From NCBI GenBank assembly GCA_013265495.1, contig MU058065.1, positions 1,013,527-1,077,526 of the forward strand: DNA of 64,000 nt, given 5' to 3'. The position numbers and the translations under genes are program-made. A model generated the notes under the pieces. That model had not been told where the DNA came from, made no database searches, and saw nothing but the letters and a program-made list of their open reading frames with translations. The stretch is from Vicugna vicugna. Lineage: Eukaryota. Shown one piece after another: positions 48,129 to 62,689 of the stretch (position 1 is the stretch's first letter; every line of letters begins with the position of its first letter).

Positions 48129-51100
48129 AGATGTCAATAGATAGTATTTCTTATTTTCTCTCATGTAAGATATATTCTAAATAGAAAGTCCTTGAGTCTC
48201 TAATGGGGACAACATTTTTATTGACACACTGACCGAAAAATGAAGAGTGGAGAGATGAGTTAAACTGACAGATACGGTACGCCAATTCAGCAAGCAACAC
48301 TTTTCTCTTTGCTCTAGCTGTAGTAAAAATACTTTACAAAACTGATAAATACATCTTTATTGGGTATGTAATAAATATTTTAAACACTATGACTTCAATA
48401 ATCATGTGCTAAATGTACTAATGGATGAGCCCCTGAAATGACCATTCAAACAGATTATATAATTATTTGTATTAATTTGAATGAAGACCATGTCATTTAA
48501 TTTTTTTCCAAATTAGTTTTTCATCTAAAATAGTAGCAAAGAACAAAATCTTTAAGAAATGATTTTAAAAATCAGCTTATTTTTAAAATAGTCACAAGGA
48601 AAATACTGACCATTTCTTCAACATAAAAATAACTTAGATATAAATTAGATATATTTAGAAAAAAATTCAAAATAAATCAGAATATTTTCCCAGAACTACA
48701 AAGCAGTAAACCATTCTGGAAGGTGGTGGAGATGATTTAGAAGCCATTCCCAGGTCCGTTCAATAAAATCTTCTTGAGCCTTGACTTTTTTTTTCCCAGA
48801 TAAAATTATAAATTTGAAGTAAATTATTTCTAAGTATCCTCCTAAGTCTAAAATTGTATACCCCTATGTTACCAAAGTTCCTACAAAGGGCAAAATAGTT
48901 CATGAGACTTCAATAATACCACTGTGTCTGTTCTAAAATACACCTCTACTTTTATTTCAGTGTTTTACACTCTTAAAGGTGACTTTTTTGTAGTTTCATA
49001 ATTCCTTTTTCAAGTAAAACAAACTGAGCTCTAAAATAAATTAAGAAAGTGAGATCTTAAAAAATACCAATGATTTGTTTCGGAACATTTGCCAAGCTAG
49101 TATCTAACTTTTTTCTTGTCACCTGATTAGAAGATTTGAACTATATAAGGACCCTGGTAATACACACACACAAAAAAATGCAGATATATCCTTAAAATTC
49201 TTCCTTGTCTGTGAAAAGGAACGTGAATGTTTCCTAGTTACTATTGGTCTTAGGTCTTTTTATAAACGATTTTTAGTGTTTATATGTAATGTAGATGAAT
49301 TTGTGACTACCTGCCAGATGAAGACCAGATTTTTTTTGGAATTCAAACTCTATCATCTGCTCAATGACAAGATAATAATTTTTTTATGCACCAACCTCAT
49401 TGTCTGGTCTTAATCTGATGTCAAGATTTAGAGAGAGAAACACCAGACGAGGTTACATTGAGATTTCATTAAATAACTACCCTGAACCCAGAGTCAATTC
49501 TCCGCATATTAAAAATGGAACATCATTATCGAAACATCCTTATTGTTCACCAATCCTTTTTACTTCAAAACACTGCAGAAAATGCAAATGTCTTCCTATA
49601 ATTTACCACATTGAATATTTATGCCCGCATTCTCTAGGACCCCCATAATGCCAATGGTGGGCTTTTCCCTCTTCCTTCCCATTTAAAATCCGACAACACT
49701 TTGGCTCATCTTTCTTCCCTCTATCTCCAGTTCTTCACATTATTTGATAGGAAGGCCACCAATAAAAATCTCTTGGACAAAGAAAATATTAAAGCACTTG
49801 ACAATTCTAACAGAGTTTCAGGGTTATAAAAATCTTTGAACCTGGATCAGTCGCACATTTTGGCTTAGGATGTTTTAAGATACATCTTTTGACAAATTCC
49901 AAAATCATATGCAAACAGTTATAAAAGACCTGACACTGGTGTCATGCTTAAGTAGGACACAGGCAGCACATTAACATGAAGCTAACAATCTAAAAAAGAA
50001 TCTTCTTGAAGAAAGGAGGCCACAGGGACTTGAACATATGTGAGCTTTACATTTTTTCTCCTCCTGCCCTCCCAGTCACAGTACTGCTGAGTAGAGACTG
50101 GCACAGTACAAAGATCTCTGGATTTAATTATTTGGGCAACTTGACCCTGGTAATGGTTCCACCATGATCCAGGTGACACTGAGTATGTTGTTTTACTTTC
50201 TCTAGTTCTGTGTACTCCTGTCTCAAAGAAGGGATTTATACCATAACGGCTCTAAGATGCCCTCTGGATCTGAAATTCTATGAGGGGGGCCAAAGACTTA
50301 AAATCGTATCTTTTGTTTCCTTAGTTTAAAGTGAAATGGGATTCACGTCCACTTTAAATACACCACAGAAGTGGTATTTGATGAAAATTTCCCGCTACCG
50401 AAGGACAATGTTCTGAAAACTACAATTTTGGCCTGTTTTAAAGAGATTTTCAAGCTAATTAATGATACCTCAGTGTAGGACAGAAGAGGGATAATTTTAC
50501 ATACAAAATGTCCTTAGGTGCTGCTGACAGCCTGAACAATCACAAAGCCAAAGTGCAGAAGGAATGATGCCAAGTCCAAGGAGAAGTAGCAATGGTATGA
50601 GCAGAATAAAGAGACCACAACCATCATCTGAGTCGCCCTTTTCCAAGTTAGTCCAGAGGATTTGGCTTTATGAGTAGAATCACTGCTGACTAAGGCCATT
50701 GGGAGAAAGTAGACCAATTATCTATTGGATGCAAGGAATCCAAATTAACTTTTGCCTTCCATAGGAAAAAGACTTTGGAATTCTATTGATGCCTCTACCG
50801 TGTCTGTTTCCATCTATTTTTTTAAGTGGTTATGTCAGAATGACCCTTTGAACAATAAGAAAGAAAGAGAACAACTAGAAAGATCCAAGCAATACTCTGT
50901 TGCCAGACACATAAAGATTGGGAAGAATTTTGTAATGTAGAGCATTTTTATGTGTCTTCAAGACTGAGTTAATGGGCATAGGAAATTACTATTAGACATT
51001 TGGGATCACAGTTGAAGTTCCTGTTGCATGGGTTATTGCCACATTTTTATAGAAATGGCCTTGATGTTTTTGGAAGATATAAAATCAGTACTAATAACAT

Positions 51101-51224
51101 AGGAGATGGATTCATACCAGCAATTTGGAAACCAAGGGCAGAGTGTTCATACCTCTTAATGCCGTGATCTGTGGAATCCCAGACATAGCATTTTACAGTG
51201 TAAACAGAGTTGTCTTTAGGGTTA

Positions 51225-51350
51225 TGAGACCCTGGGTACCAGTTCAGACTTAGCCCCGATTAACTGTGAGGTCTTGAGCAAATTGCTTTCCCCTTCTGAG
51301 TCTTCATTTGCTTATCTTTAAATGAGGCATCCGGACTCAAGGATCCTCAG
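51225..51350 (+). mobile_element. MIR SINE
   Basis: ctgtgaggtcttgagcaaattgctttccccttctgagtcttcatttgcttatctttaaatgagg. Confidence 0.65.
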
Positions 51351-51384
51351 GTTTAGGATTCTATTGATAAGTACCAGAATACAT

Positions 51385-51562
51385 GCTGTACTGGAGGTTC
51401 CAATCCTAGCTGCATGTTAGAAACACGTAGGTAGGCTTCCAAAAGTATCCATGCCTGGGCCACAATTATATTATATCACTGAGGGTGGAGTCTAGATGTT
51501 AATAAATTTTGAAAGCTCACCAAGAGCTTCTCAAGTAAAGCCAGTGTTCAAAATCACTGTTC
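51385..51562. mobile_element. MER5A-like hAT MITE
   Basis: ctagctgcatgttagaaacac...ccatgcctgggccac...ttgaaagctcaccaagagcttct...aagccagtgttcaaaatcactg. Confidence 0.6.
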
Positions 51563-54199
51563 TATACTTAATGGAATGATTTTAGCAACATTTAATATAA
51601 TATTCATTACTCTTTTTGTAGACTGCCTGGGTCCTTTATTTCCCCAGCTTTCCCTATTTTAGCTGAAAGCATTTTAATTATCCTTCTTTACCCAAGAGAA
51701 AGAGAAAAGAGCTGGGGACAAAAGATAACTGATTATTTTATATTTTTTTAGAATTCTTTGGAAAAAATTTTACAGGTGGGGAAAATGTTTGACCACCTTA
51801 AGTTTTAAGATGAGCCCCATAATTTTATGTACATATATATGTATGTCATGATTATTTCCCCATCTTCATAAGCAAGGACAGATTGAACTGCCAATGCTAA
51901 GAACACACACAAGCAACCAGTGAGTGGGTGAGAATTTGTTGTTGAATTTTTATTCTTTTACTTGGCTTCTTCAGTTGGGCTGCCTTATAAATGATAAGGA
52001 AACTCGCAGTTTAAGGAAGAAAGCCAACTTCTTTACATCACCCACCAAAAGTCATTTGAAGATAAAAAATCTTTGATCTAAGATCTCCAAAGAACACCAT
52101 ACTTACTTCTCAGTGTTGTCTGTTAGTTATGCCTACGATTTTTTATAAAAAGGTCATAGTTCCCTCAATTTTTCAAGGAAAGACAAGCTTTTTCACTCAC
52201 TCGTAGGTGGGAGGTGTGTGGGTTGTCGAATATATGCACAGGTGCAATCAACTTTAATTAAGACTCAAATCATTTTCATAGGCAGATGGAAAAATGTTTC
52301 AATCTTCTTTTAAAGTAACAGAGGCATTCAGGCACTAAAAATATTAATGCATGGGAAGAGAAACATCATTTCCATTCTTCCTGAAAGATGTAATTCTGAA
52401 AATACATTCATAAATGTTTCTGAAACAAATGCTCAATGTTAAGAAGAATAATCTCTTCATTGTAAAGGGTAATCAGAATAATTCGTTTCTATCAAGGTAA
52501 ATGCAAAACTTAGCATTGTGAAATCACACTAATAACCCTATTTAGAGGATTAAAGAAGTCAGCTATTAAAGTTTCATAAAAAGAGCATCCTTTTAGGGAT
52601 AACTGATGGCTACAGAAATGAATGTATACAGTACATTCTTTAAGATTTTAAATCACAGTTTCTTTAAACATGGTTAGAGAGAGAAATAGTGTTTGGGAAT
52701 TGCCATTGGACAACTGGCATTTTTCATAGCATTCTTGGAGAAAAATACACAAATATGTAAACGTGGCCTTCTTAATGTTGCGAGGACACTTAGGAAAGTT
52801 GGAACTCTTTTCAGATTGTGTTTCTACACGTTATTTTTTTTCTCAAGTAATTGAATCTCTTTGCAGTTCAGTTTGTAACATGAAGGAGATAAACAAGACT
52901 ATTTCTAATGTCCAGCAAATCTGACTGGGCTCCTACTGTGTGATTCATGATCTAAGGACAGAGAGTAGGGGGTCAATCATTCCCTTCTCCACTTGTTCTT
53001 TTTGAAGCTAAGGAAGATAAGATATAAAACTTCCTCTTTGGAATTTTCATGCGGAAACATCATGCTATGTCTCACTCTATCTTTCTCACCCTCCGTCTCT
53101 CCCTCCCTTCCTCCTTTGACTATCTTTCTTTTCATTTTACGCCAGTCTCAACCTATCTAGTAACCAGTATTGTAGTTGGACCAGTTCTTGTGGTTCTTCT
53201 TATGATTACAAGACACCCTCAGCAACAACCATCAGGAAACTTTGGGGGAAAAAAAAAAGACTTATCACTCATAGGTCCTAGAAAGCACATGGTACCACAC
53301 AGACAGAGAATAAGCACTGGCTTGGGTTTGAGGGTAGGGGCCTAGGTTTTTGTGGGCTCACTCTTTATTAGTGAATTTAAAGCACAGAAGCAGGAATTTG
53401 AAGCTCAGGAAGAGAAAAAACAAGTGGACCCAAATGGTCAGTTATGAAATCAACCAAGATCTCTAAAACAAAGGAGCTTGGGTGGGGAGGGGGCCACCTG
53501 GCTCTTTAGTCCTGTGACTGGCAAAATGTTAATTCAAGATAACCATCTTTCTAGTGGATGTTTCTGCAATCAAAGCTGGAGTCAAGTTCCTGTCCCCTCT
53601 TTTCAATTATTGTCATCACCTTTTCTTCACACTCTTTTACCTACACACACATATGAAACATGTATGAACTGTTTAATCACAAGTGTTAATTAAATTTAAA
53701 AACCCCTTAATCTGGATATCATTCCTTATTTCCGATGTTACTAATACTCTTTATTACTGTGATATCTTGTTTCATAAGTTATCTGGTAGCAGATTTCTTT
53801 GTGGCAAAAAGAATCTGAAGAATGAAAAAAGCCTCAGAGAATTCCAATATCCATTGTTTTGGGTTAGATTCACGTGTTAAAAAAGAGGAAGGGAAAAAGG
53901 CAAAAAGAAAATGAATAGGAGGAGGATGAGGGGAGAGCAGTATTTGCAATACTAGATTCTTTAGATGAGGCTATGATTATGCCTCAAACAAAACCCACCT
54001 GTCTCCTGAGGGTCACCAGACCCAGCCCACTGGGGTGAATCAAGGGTGACTCAAAGGTGAATCAAGGATGCCCAGGCCTGTGTGAGCTTCAGAACCTAAC
54101 GAGATGCTGTGATGTGGGCCAGGAGGGCCAGCCTGGCAGGGTGCAGAGGAAAAGGAGAAAGAGAAACAGACATTTTTCTAAAACACTCAGCCCCAAAAT

Positions 54200-54415
54200 C
54201 TGCCTATCTCCTTTACTACTTATGTCTTGTAAGAACGTGTTTTTGATTGCCAAGTCTTCCACCAGAAGGTGCCTTTCCAGTAATAAACGTATCTTTCATC
54301 TTCACTTGACTTCTTGGGTTTTCTTGTTCAACATTTCAAAATAAAGATTCTAGCACCTGGAATCGTGCCTGACTCACAGTGGGTATTTTATAAATGTTCA
54401 CTGAATGAATGAAAG
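54200..54415 (+). mobile_element. L2 3' end
   Basis: tctagcacctggaatcgtgcctgactcacagtgggtattttataaatgttcactgaatgaatgaa. Confidence 0.6.
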
Positions 54416-54456
54416 ATTAATGGCTGTATATACATGGTTAAAATGCATATGTACTA

Positions 54457-54519
54457 ATAGCATCAAAAAGAATAAAATATTTAGGAATATATTTAACCAA
54501 AGAAGTAAAAGATATATAC
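54457..54519 (+). mobile_element. Isolated internal L1 ORF2 (reverse transcriptase) fragment
   Basis: Translates to IASKRIKYLGIYLTKEVKDIY, the IKYLGI motif region of L1 ORF2p; flanks do not resemble L1. Confidence 0.8.
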
Positions 54520-57264
54520 CCTGGATGCTACTTCTTCCATCAGTTGTACCAGCTCACCCCACCCTAGCTTACTACTCTGGAATTTAGCATGAGGCCAGCT
54601 CTCCCTTTCCGTCAGGGTGCATGGTGACTTCTTATGTGGGTGCACATTAACACGTGATGGGAACTCACCTGAACTTTAATAGGAGCCCCTCTCCAGATGG
54701 AGACCCAGTGTGCTCCTCCATACCCTGATGACTCAGCCTCTCTGGTTCTCATTCTTGTTCTTATTTCATGCCCTACAACTCAGGAATATAATGTGCAAAT
54801 CTTCAAAGAAGCCTGCCATATACCCTACGTTCTTACTTTCAAAATCGAATCATGGTTGTGTGAAGACCTTTATCCTGGTGAATTCAATTTTGCTTTTTTT
54901 GTGGATTATATTTGAGTGCAAGTGGGTGCCTTTTAGGCCTTTCTTTCCCTTCCTCAGTCCCAGACCTAGGGGTTTCTGTTAATTTGAAGCCACTACACAT
55001 GTCGCTGAGACATGAGCCCACCATCTCTCAGGGGCACAAAACCCAGGGCGGGTTTCACTTATCTGGCTCAACAGCTTCCACAGTCTTCTCTATTCTTAGA
55101 AGAACTTTTAAAATGAATAAAGAAACAAAGAATGTGGGAGCCCAGGGAAACATACATTTTACACCAACATGGATTATGAGCCAGCCTCCTTAAATGTCAG
55201 CTACTAGTGAGTTGCTCTAAGTCGTCCATTGATTTCACACGGAAGTAGGTCAGGACGGCTTTTAACTGGAGAAGCCTCACGCTGCAGGTTTCATTTAACT
55301 ATGAGGAGGGAATATTAAAAATTGATGTGCAAAGCAAACCTCTGCTTAATTAGCATCTGGATAAAGACTTTACTAAGAAAGCCATGGAAGTTAATAAAAA
55401 ATGAGAAAATTGGCGAAGTATTTCTACAGCTATTTTTGTGTCTGTAGCCTTTCATTTATGAGAAGTCGAGGGATGGTCACCTCATGCCTTGCTTATTTCT
55501 GCTCGTTAATCTGTATTTAGGAAGTTGGCATTTTTTTCTCTATCTGTGCTTGCACACATGTTTTTATACAAAATTTGTGTGTTTCTTGTTGCTTTTTCCA
55601 TTGTTGCATTTTTCAAACACTAGCTAACCTTAAACTTTGTTTGCATGTTGACAAAGCACTTGAAAAGGAAAAGAGAGTCTGTTTGAATCTCCTTAGAAAC
55701 AACACTTTACAAATCACCCTTTTAACAGTCCCCCATCCACGTACTAAATATTTTTCTATATTAAGCACTTTGAGTTTTTGGCTTCTACCTAATACATTGG
55801 TTAACACCGCCACCTATTTTGGAAGCAAAGTCTTTATTTTAAAAGATAAATGTGTCACCAGAAAAAGGAAAATACTCATTACATGTGAAAAACACATCGA
55901 CAACCCAGTTATATTGAATTTGTTCTTCTGCTGGTGACTCATCTCTCCCAGTCACATCGCCATGTTGCCCGGCCCTTCGTACAGTGAGATGGGCTCTTTG
56001 TTCTGGGAGCTGCTCTTTATAGGGTCAGGGCAGCTGTGCTCTCTCAGGTGCGATGTCCCTCTACCCTCAAGGGTTAGCTATCACCCAGCAGCCGAGAAGC
56101 AGCCCGCCTCCTGAGGGAACATTCTGCCCCATGCTTCGTGCTCCTCACATCAGGTATTGGATGAGCCACTTAAGATGTCAGATCCTTTACCCAAGCCCAG
56201 CTGAAGAGAGCCGTGTGAACAGTACGGCCTCCCTGAAAATGTAATTCATTTTTGGCCTGACTGCATTTTTAATAAAATATTTATTCTTTCCCCAGATATC
56301 TAAACACCAAATAATCACCCCTTCAAGTTGCACAGAAATTACTATTTTACAAAGTCTTTTCCTGAACACAATTTTCTTTCATTTTACGCAAGAATCCTCT
56401 GAGGTTAATATGAGAAAAAAAAAAAAAAAAAAGCTGATACTTGGAGAGTTTGACTTGCCCTAAAAGCACAGCTGGTCAGTGACAAATCCATCTTTTGACT
56501 CCATGATACTTGACTCCTGTGTCATTTTCCATTTATAAATATCAAGTGATTCCCCCCTACATATATCTTTCATTATATTGAGATGGTTTTTGAAGTGGGT
56601 CAAACAAAGGAATTTTAAAAAACAAGCAAAGGTATTGAAGTGGAGATACATTCTAATACTCTTTATCATCTTCTGTAATTTAGACACTAGAAGGGCCATA
56701 TGCAATACCAGGTACCATCTAGCTGATGGTTTTCTATCTACAACATAACATCTCTATACTACTTTCATAGCCATTTACTGAGAATCTATGCTGTGCTATT
56801 TTTTGAGGCCCCTACTTTTACTCTTTTATAAAATACCTAGATTAGATTATGAGTATTTTCATTTTCCTAGCTGAGGGCTGCCTGGTTTCCCCAATCAGTA
56901 ACAAGACTGATCTCCTTTCTGATTATTTTATTTTATTTTATATTTTATAACCTGGGTTCTCCATGGACATTCCTTACAGCAGTTAGTTACTAAATACTTT
57001 AATGAGTGTTGATCTTGGCACCCTATGCAAAAGTCAGATTATAATCAGTACTTGGGAATCATGGTAATTCTATTGGACTCTGCCATTAAAAAAAATGTTA
57101 TCTTTGAAAAAAGCAATATAACCATAAATATAAACTGATTATGTAAAAGTACCTTCATAGAGGCCGTGGATGCTTAAATACAATATATAATCTTGGCTCT
57201 CAAAAATGTACTATCCAGTTGTGGAAGTTAGACACATATTCTTTCACTTTAGTCTGTCATTTGA

Positions 57265-57790
57265 TTATTCAAGGAACACATTTTGAACCTGTAGTGTGCA
57301 CCCAAACATGTGCTAGTTGTTGCAAAAGAAACAAACAAACAGTACTATGTCCTGACAATTTAGTTGGAAAGGCAAATATTTAAAAACTAATCACAGCACT
57401 GGGTCAGTCATGTGTCTGAAGAGCTGTTTTATGTAAATGGAGGAGCAGAGCTCCCAAAAGAAGGAAGCAGAAAAGAAAACGTTCAGAAGGGATCATTAGT
57501 GAGGATATCACATTTCATGAGACCCAAGAGAAATGTCTTCAGATGGAGGAATCAACAATGTTAAATGTTCTGTGACCTCTAAGAGAACCAAGAGAGGGCC
57601 AGAGACCAGTTAGGAAGCCCTCTGTGACTGACTCTGGCGTGGGCAGAAGAGGAAGTTAGGTTGTAGGAAATTAAAGACAGGGTGGAAGGCAGGAAGTGGT
57701 GGCAGAAAGTAAACATTCACTTGAATTGTTTGGCCATGAAAAGAAAATGAAGAATCATGGTTTGGGGTAGAATCAAGCTGTTTTTTTCTG
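57265..57790 (-). mobile_element. L2 fragment
   Basis: attcaaggaacacattttgaacctgtagtgtgc...gagagggccagagaccagttaggaagcc. Confidence 0.55.
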
Positions 57791-59879
57791 AAACATCAAT
57801 GGACAATTTTATTATCGTTCATATTCAATGATCATAAGCAAAGCATGGGTTAGAAGCCAAAGTTGAGTGCTGTAGGCTTTGAGAGAGCGTATCAATCAAC
57901 CAAAGAAAGACCACTCTGAGGCAATCTGGTTTAATTCCTTAGATTTGAAATTTCTCTTGAACAAAAGCTTGGACAAATTTCTTTGCAAAAAGCATTCATC
58001 ATTTTGATACAGTTCTCTTGTCCTCCATCATTTGAAAGTGGTGAATAACATACAAATCAAAGAATGAAAGAGGCACTTTGATATTTAGAATGATAACGTA
58101 AAGAGAGACATGCGTCCCTTCAGCTCTGCTCCTTCTGTTGGGGACTGCTAACATCTAAATCCTTTCCCAGCTTCTGAGTTCTTAGAAATCTGGATTTCGT
58201 ACTGTGTCATGGGAACAAAAACCACTTTAGAATTGCCCACTCACAGCACAGTGGGCAGGTCTAGGGTTCAACAATACATGGACACCCCCTATCTCTACTT
58301 TCTGACTCTATTGTTTTTTCCATCTTTTTTTCTTTCTTTGCTTAATTATATCCGTTCCATCTATAACAAGGGAATAGATGTAAAAAATAGAAAAATGATA
58401 TTTTATTCCGTGTAACTGAAACTTGACCAGCAGAAAATGTAGGGGAAAGTATTTCTTCCATCCTCAATTGTCAGAAGGCTATTACAGACTTCTGTATTTG
58501 AAAATTGTCCTTTATATTCATCCATTTGGGGTATACCTGGCTAGACAGGATATGCTGCTTCAAAATCCATGTGACTAACCCTTCCTCCTTCCCTCTTTCT
58601 TCTTAGTATTTTTACTCTTCTCATTTGGGAATAGCAATGACCCAGATTCTTCAGTTGATTGGTTATTCTACCAGGAGTGGAACATTTAATTAACCTAGCT
58701 CCCATCAACTAACAACAATAATGAGTTTGCTTTAGTGGAGAAACACCATGCGCCACTACAGACACTTCATTAAAATTGGAATTGCCATCCATTTCCTGAA
58801 TTCTGAAAACTGATCTTTTTGAAAATTGAAAATTGAAAATATTTTATAACTTAAACCCATTTTTACCTGGGAACACACACAAAAAGGTCACTAGTCACAC
58901 AATAATAGCTCCCTGGATTTATGCAGTACTTTTTCATTGAAGAGGTTAAATGACTTAGTTGAATGCATTCTTATCCTCTCTACTATTTGAGTTCAATAAT
59001 GCATAATGTTAAGCAGATTGGAATTCCTTCTTTAAAATATTAGTCTCTATTATTTCTTCTTAAAAAATGCATCTTTCTATCTCTAAACGTTGAGAAGTGA
59101 TCAATCTTCACAGCAATTCATTTGTACAGAAACTGGTGATGATTTGACATCTACAAAATGATCCACATTTAAATGCTTTATGGCAATATCCTTTACATCT
59201 TCCCCCTAATAAATCTGCCTAGAATGAAATGGGCATTCTTTTAAAAACAGGGCATTTAAGAGCAGAAGCAATGAATTCAGCATTCGACATGGTTCCTTTT
59301 TGTCTGAATGACTATATGGATTTCAATGTAGACTTTTCTAAGTCATAGGATCCGATTTTTTTTTTTTTACTTAGTGGTCAAATATGTCTTACATGGCTTT
59401 TCTTTTCTCAAGTTCAATAGCTCTCTCAAGTCGTTATGACATTAATTCAGCAGGTTCAATAAATACTTATCATGTATAAACTCTGGGAAAGATTGCATTG
59501 GGCCAAGTGCTACATGAAATAAAATGATGAAAAGGTATGACCCTTGTCCTCCCTGACCATATGTCTTATTGGGGAATAAGACAGAAAAAAACTTTACAAT
59601 ATGTCAAAATAAGACACATTCTATTACAGAAGTACCTAGGGCTCCCAGAGTTTGAAGGAAAGATAATTTGTAGACAACAGCATAAGAAAAACTCGATGAA
59701 GACTGTAAGCAGGGATCCGAGCATTAGGCTTTGTTTTATGGAGTTCTGGGAAGTTCTTTCAGCAAGAAAGAACAACATCAGACAGAAAGCTTCAGAGGCA
59801 GGAAGTGGTCATTTGTCTGGGGATCTACGGCTCATTCAGTAATCCACAGATGCACCAAACAACAAAGCCATTAGGGACT

Positions 59880-60030
59880 CACGGTTTTAGCACCTAATAT
59901 TTTCATTTCAAAAGTGAGAAAACTCAGGCATTAAGAGATGAACTGACTTATCCAAAGTCTCAAGGCTTCTTAAGAGTTGAGCCAAGATAAAAGCCATGTC
60001 TTGTGACAAACTTTGCCCCAGCCTTCTAGA
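59880..60030 (-). mobile_element. MIR SINE
   Basis: ttcatttcaaaagtgagaaaactcaggcattaagagatgaactgacttatccaaagtc. Confidence 0.6.
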
Positions 60031-60909
60031 TTGTATTTAATTAGAATGTAGGACAAAGGTAGGGGAGTAAGATGCGGCTGATAGGAGCTCCTTTACTTAT
60101 ACCTAATATGAAATTACTCATAGATGTCAAACTGTGGAAAACACATGATATCAAATACAAATCAGCAATTGAGTTTCCTGTTTGAGGTAATTCAACAGAA
60201 GGGAAAGAAATCAGCTCTAGTACGTTCACTTCAAACTAAGGAAATCTTGGTTTAAAAAAAATAGACTGGTGTAGCTTTATTTTTGAATTGAAAATGTTTC
60301 TGTATTTTTTTAAATCAAAAGCAGGGAGGGTGCTTCTTAATGGAGAGAATTGCTGATTAAATTGCCGGCAAGAAATTGCACTTAAAGATTCAGCAGCCAG
60401 AGAATATAAACACAGGGGATAAACACGTCTGCCTGCATTAATCAAAGACAGCTGCAGTCTACCCCCAGAAAGGTGAGCAATTATTTATGAAATTATGTCT
60501 TCTTCAGTGATTCTATGTTGTAATCCTAAGAGAAACTAAATGAGGAAAACAGACAATGTCATGGTCCCAATTAACCAAGGAGTCACATACATTTTCAAAA
60601 TCAAAAGATTTTCCTTACACTTTATTTAACCTCACCATCTTGAAAAAAATTTTTTAGCTTTAAGATAGTAATAATAATTATATAAGTCTGGGTGCTTTTG
60701 AAGAACTCTCTGTGTGTGTGTGTTTTAAAGACCAGTGTCCGACTCTGTCAACTCCATAGTAACATGAATCTAAAGAGAAAAGAGATGATGCGTCTCTTAA
60801 GAAGCATTTTGCACAGGGCTCTTTTGGAGTTTTTGTTTGTTTGTTTCACCAAATCAGTTTCTAGGTTAGTAATGCTAGGGCCCTCATTGCCTTTGGGCAT
60901 CGGCTGATC

Positions 60910-60945
60910 TTTCTTTTTTCTTTTTTTTTTTTTTTTTTTTTTTTT
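60910..60945. repeat. Poly(T) tract (T25 core at 60921-60945)
   Basis: Directly visible. Confidence 0.9.
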
Positions 60946-61514
60946 GATCCACTGATTATTTTTTCCCTTGGGGTCACCACGGGCCATCAAGATACTGCCC
61001 AGTTGGATGAGATGCAAGGATCTGAGGACAAAACCCTACACCCCTGGAAGCTGAGTCATCTAGTTGGTAGCTCAGTGTTAAAAATCTCTCAGACCAAAGA
61101 AATGTGCACGGATATCCTTAAGGTATGCGTAGAGGCACTGAGGTGAGCACCTGTGGCCTCTTTGCCCCCGTCATTCAGGTGATGATGAGGCCACTGGGAA
61201 GACTACATGCCTTCGGGGCAACTCAGAAGCCTGGAGTACAGAACAGCTTCTCACGGTGACTTAGGACATTCCAAAGTGAATGCTGGAGGGTCCTGAAAAG
61301 TTTTCCACCCCTTCCTAAATTGATGACAACCATTAAGTAGTCCATGCCATCTAGGTACAGATCCAGCTTTCTCTTATGAAGCAGATATCCCTGGGAGAAA
61401 TAACTGTATGAGCCATTACAGGTTTTGATGATAACTGGTCAATTTTAATGGCAATAGGAAGGGGAAAGAAGCTGAGGAGATTGGTCAAGTGTAGATAAAG
61501 TATTATTAAGACCA

Positions 61515-61705
61515 GCTACTCTGAAGCCAAGTAAACTGGGTTCAAGTCTCAGCTCTACTCCATAGGTGACTCTGCTAAGTTGTGACTCAGTTTCCCCCAT
61601 CTTTAAATTAGCAATGTTAATATCACCTGCTTCCAAGTATTGCTATGAGGGTTGATATAAGTAAAATGCTTAGCACAGTGTCAGGCATAGAGTAAATGGC
61701 ATGAA
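61515..61705 (+). mobile_element. MIR SINE
   Basis: ctgggttcaagtctcagctctact...ctcagtttcccccatctttaaa...atgcttagcacagtgtcaggcatagagtaa. Confidence 0.75.
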
Positions 61706-62689
61706 AGTAAGCAGATGCCACTGTGTTGTGGAAGCATTCTCAAGGCAAAGGTTGGTGCTGCCTTCTTTCTCCAGGTCCTCACCACTACTTCTTGGATGAA
61801 TCCCACTCTGGACTTAGCTAGTCTTGAAATCATTTCTGAGGCAAACTTATTTGGGGCAGAAGCATTTTCCAAGAACCTCATCACCTCATTTCCCCATAAG
61901 CATTGTCAGCTCCAGCTACTGAGATCCTTGACAGTCATGACAGCCAGACCTCCTCTTTGCTCTCAGAATCCCTGCCAGCGTCCGCGGGAGGACTCCCATT
62001 CACTTGCACTGCTCGCCTACATCGGCTAGATCACGGGGCTGGGCATCCTCTCCAGACCACACACCCTTGCTCTGCATCATGGCTCCATCTGAGGGCCCCA
62101 CGCTGCTCTGGCTCGTCCTCCCCCTTAAAGGGCCTGAACAGATCTACACAGATCTCTGGGCTGAAGACTGCTGTTGGCCTGAGTCCCACGCTCCCCAGCC
62201 TACCCGACCGACAGCACCAGCTCCTGCCTGAAGCAGTTCTTACCAGTGATGCTCAGACTTAACCAGTGAGGACTTCTGAGGAAGGAAAGGGCACACAGAC
62301 TTGGCGTGACTAAGACAAAGCTTCTGTCAAAGAACAAGAACGGACATTATTCACACATCGCCCACCACAGGCTACAGTGTTAATCTCTCAAGGTCTCGGG
62401 AAGAACCCGGAGGCAGTGAAATCATTTTCCCTGCTGATCCATCCAGATGACCTGGATGGTCCTTTTGCCAAGCTGTCAACTAATCAGTAGCTTAGTCAAG
62501 GAAAGAAAAACAGCATCCACTCATTTCAAGCTGGCTGTATTTGACTCTCCCCTCCCTCTTCTTCCTCTTACATAAATTCTGATTTTGACTTTCTTCGATG
62601 GAAGCGGCATGGTATAGGTTTCTCTTGCACACAAGTAGATGGTGTTGCTAATATTTAGCTATGTATCCTTGGGTTGTCGTTGGATCAGA

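Noticed and set aside
54661-54800. Perfect minus-strand donor CAG|GTGAGT at 54669 as an extra NYAP2 exon
   Set aside because: No good acceptor upstream, and nearby ATGs reach the donor in phase 0 or 2, or hit a stop, whereas the next exon needs phase 1.
60901-60952. Poly(T) tract as a solitary poly(A) retro-insertion
   Set aside because: The flanking match is only tgatc (5 bp), too short to call a TSD.
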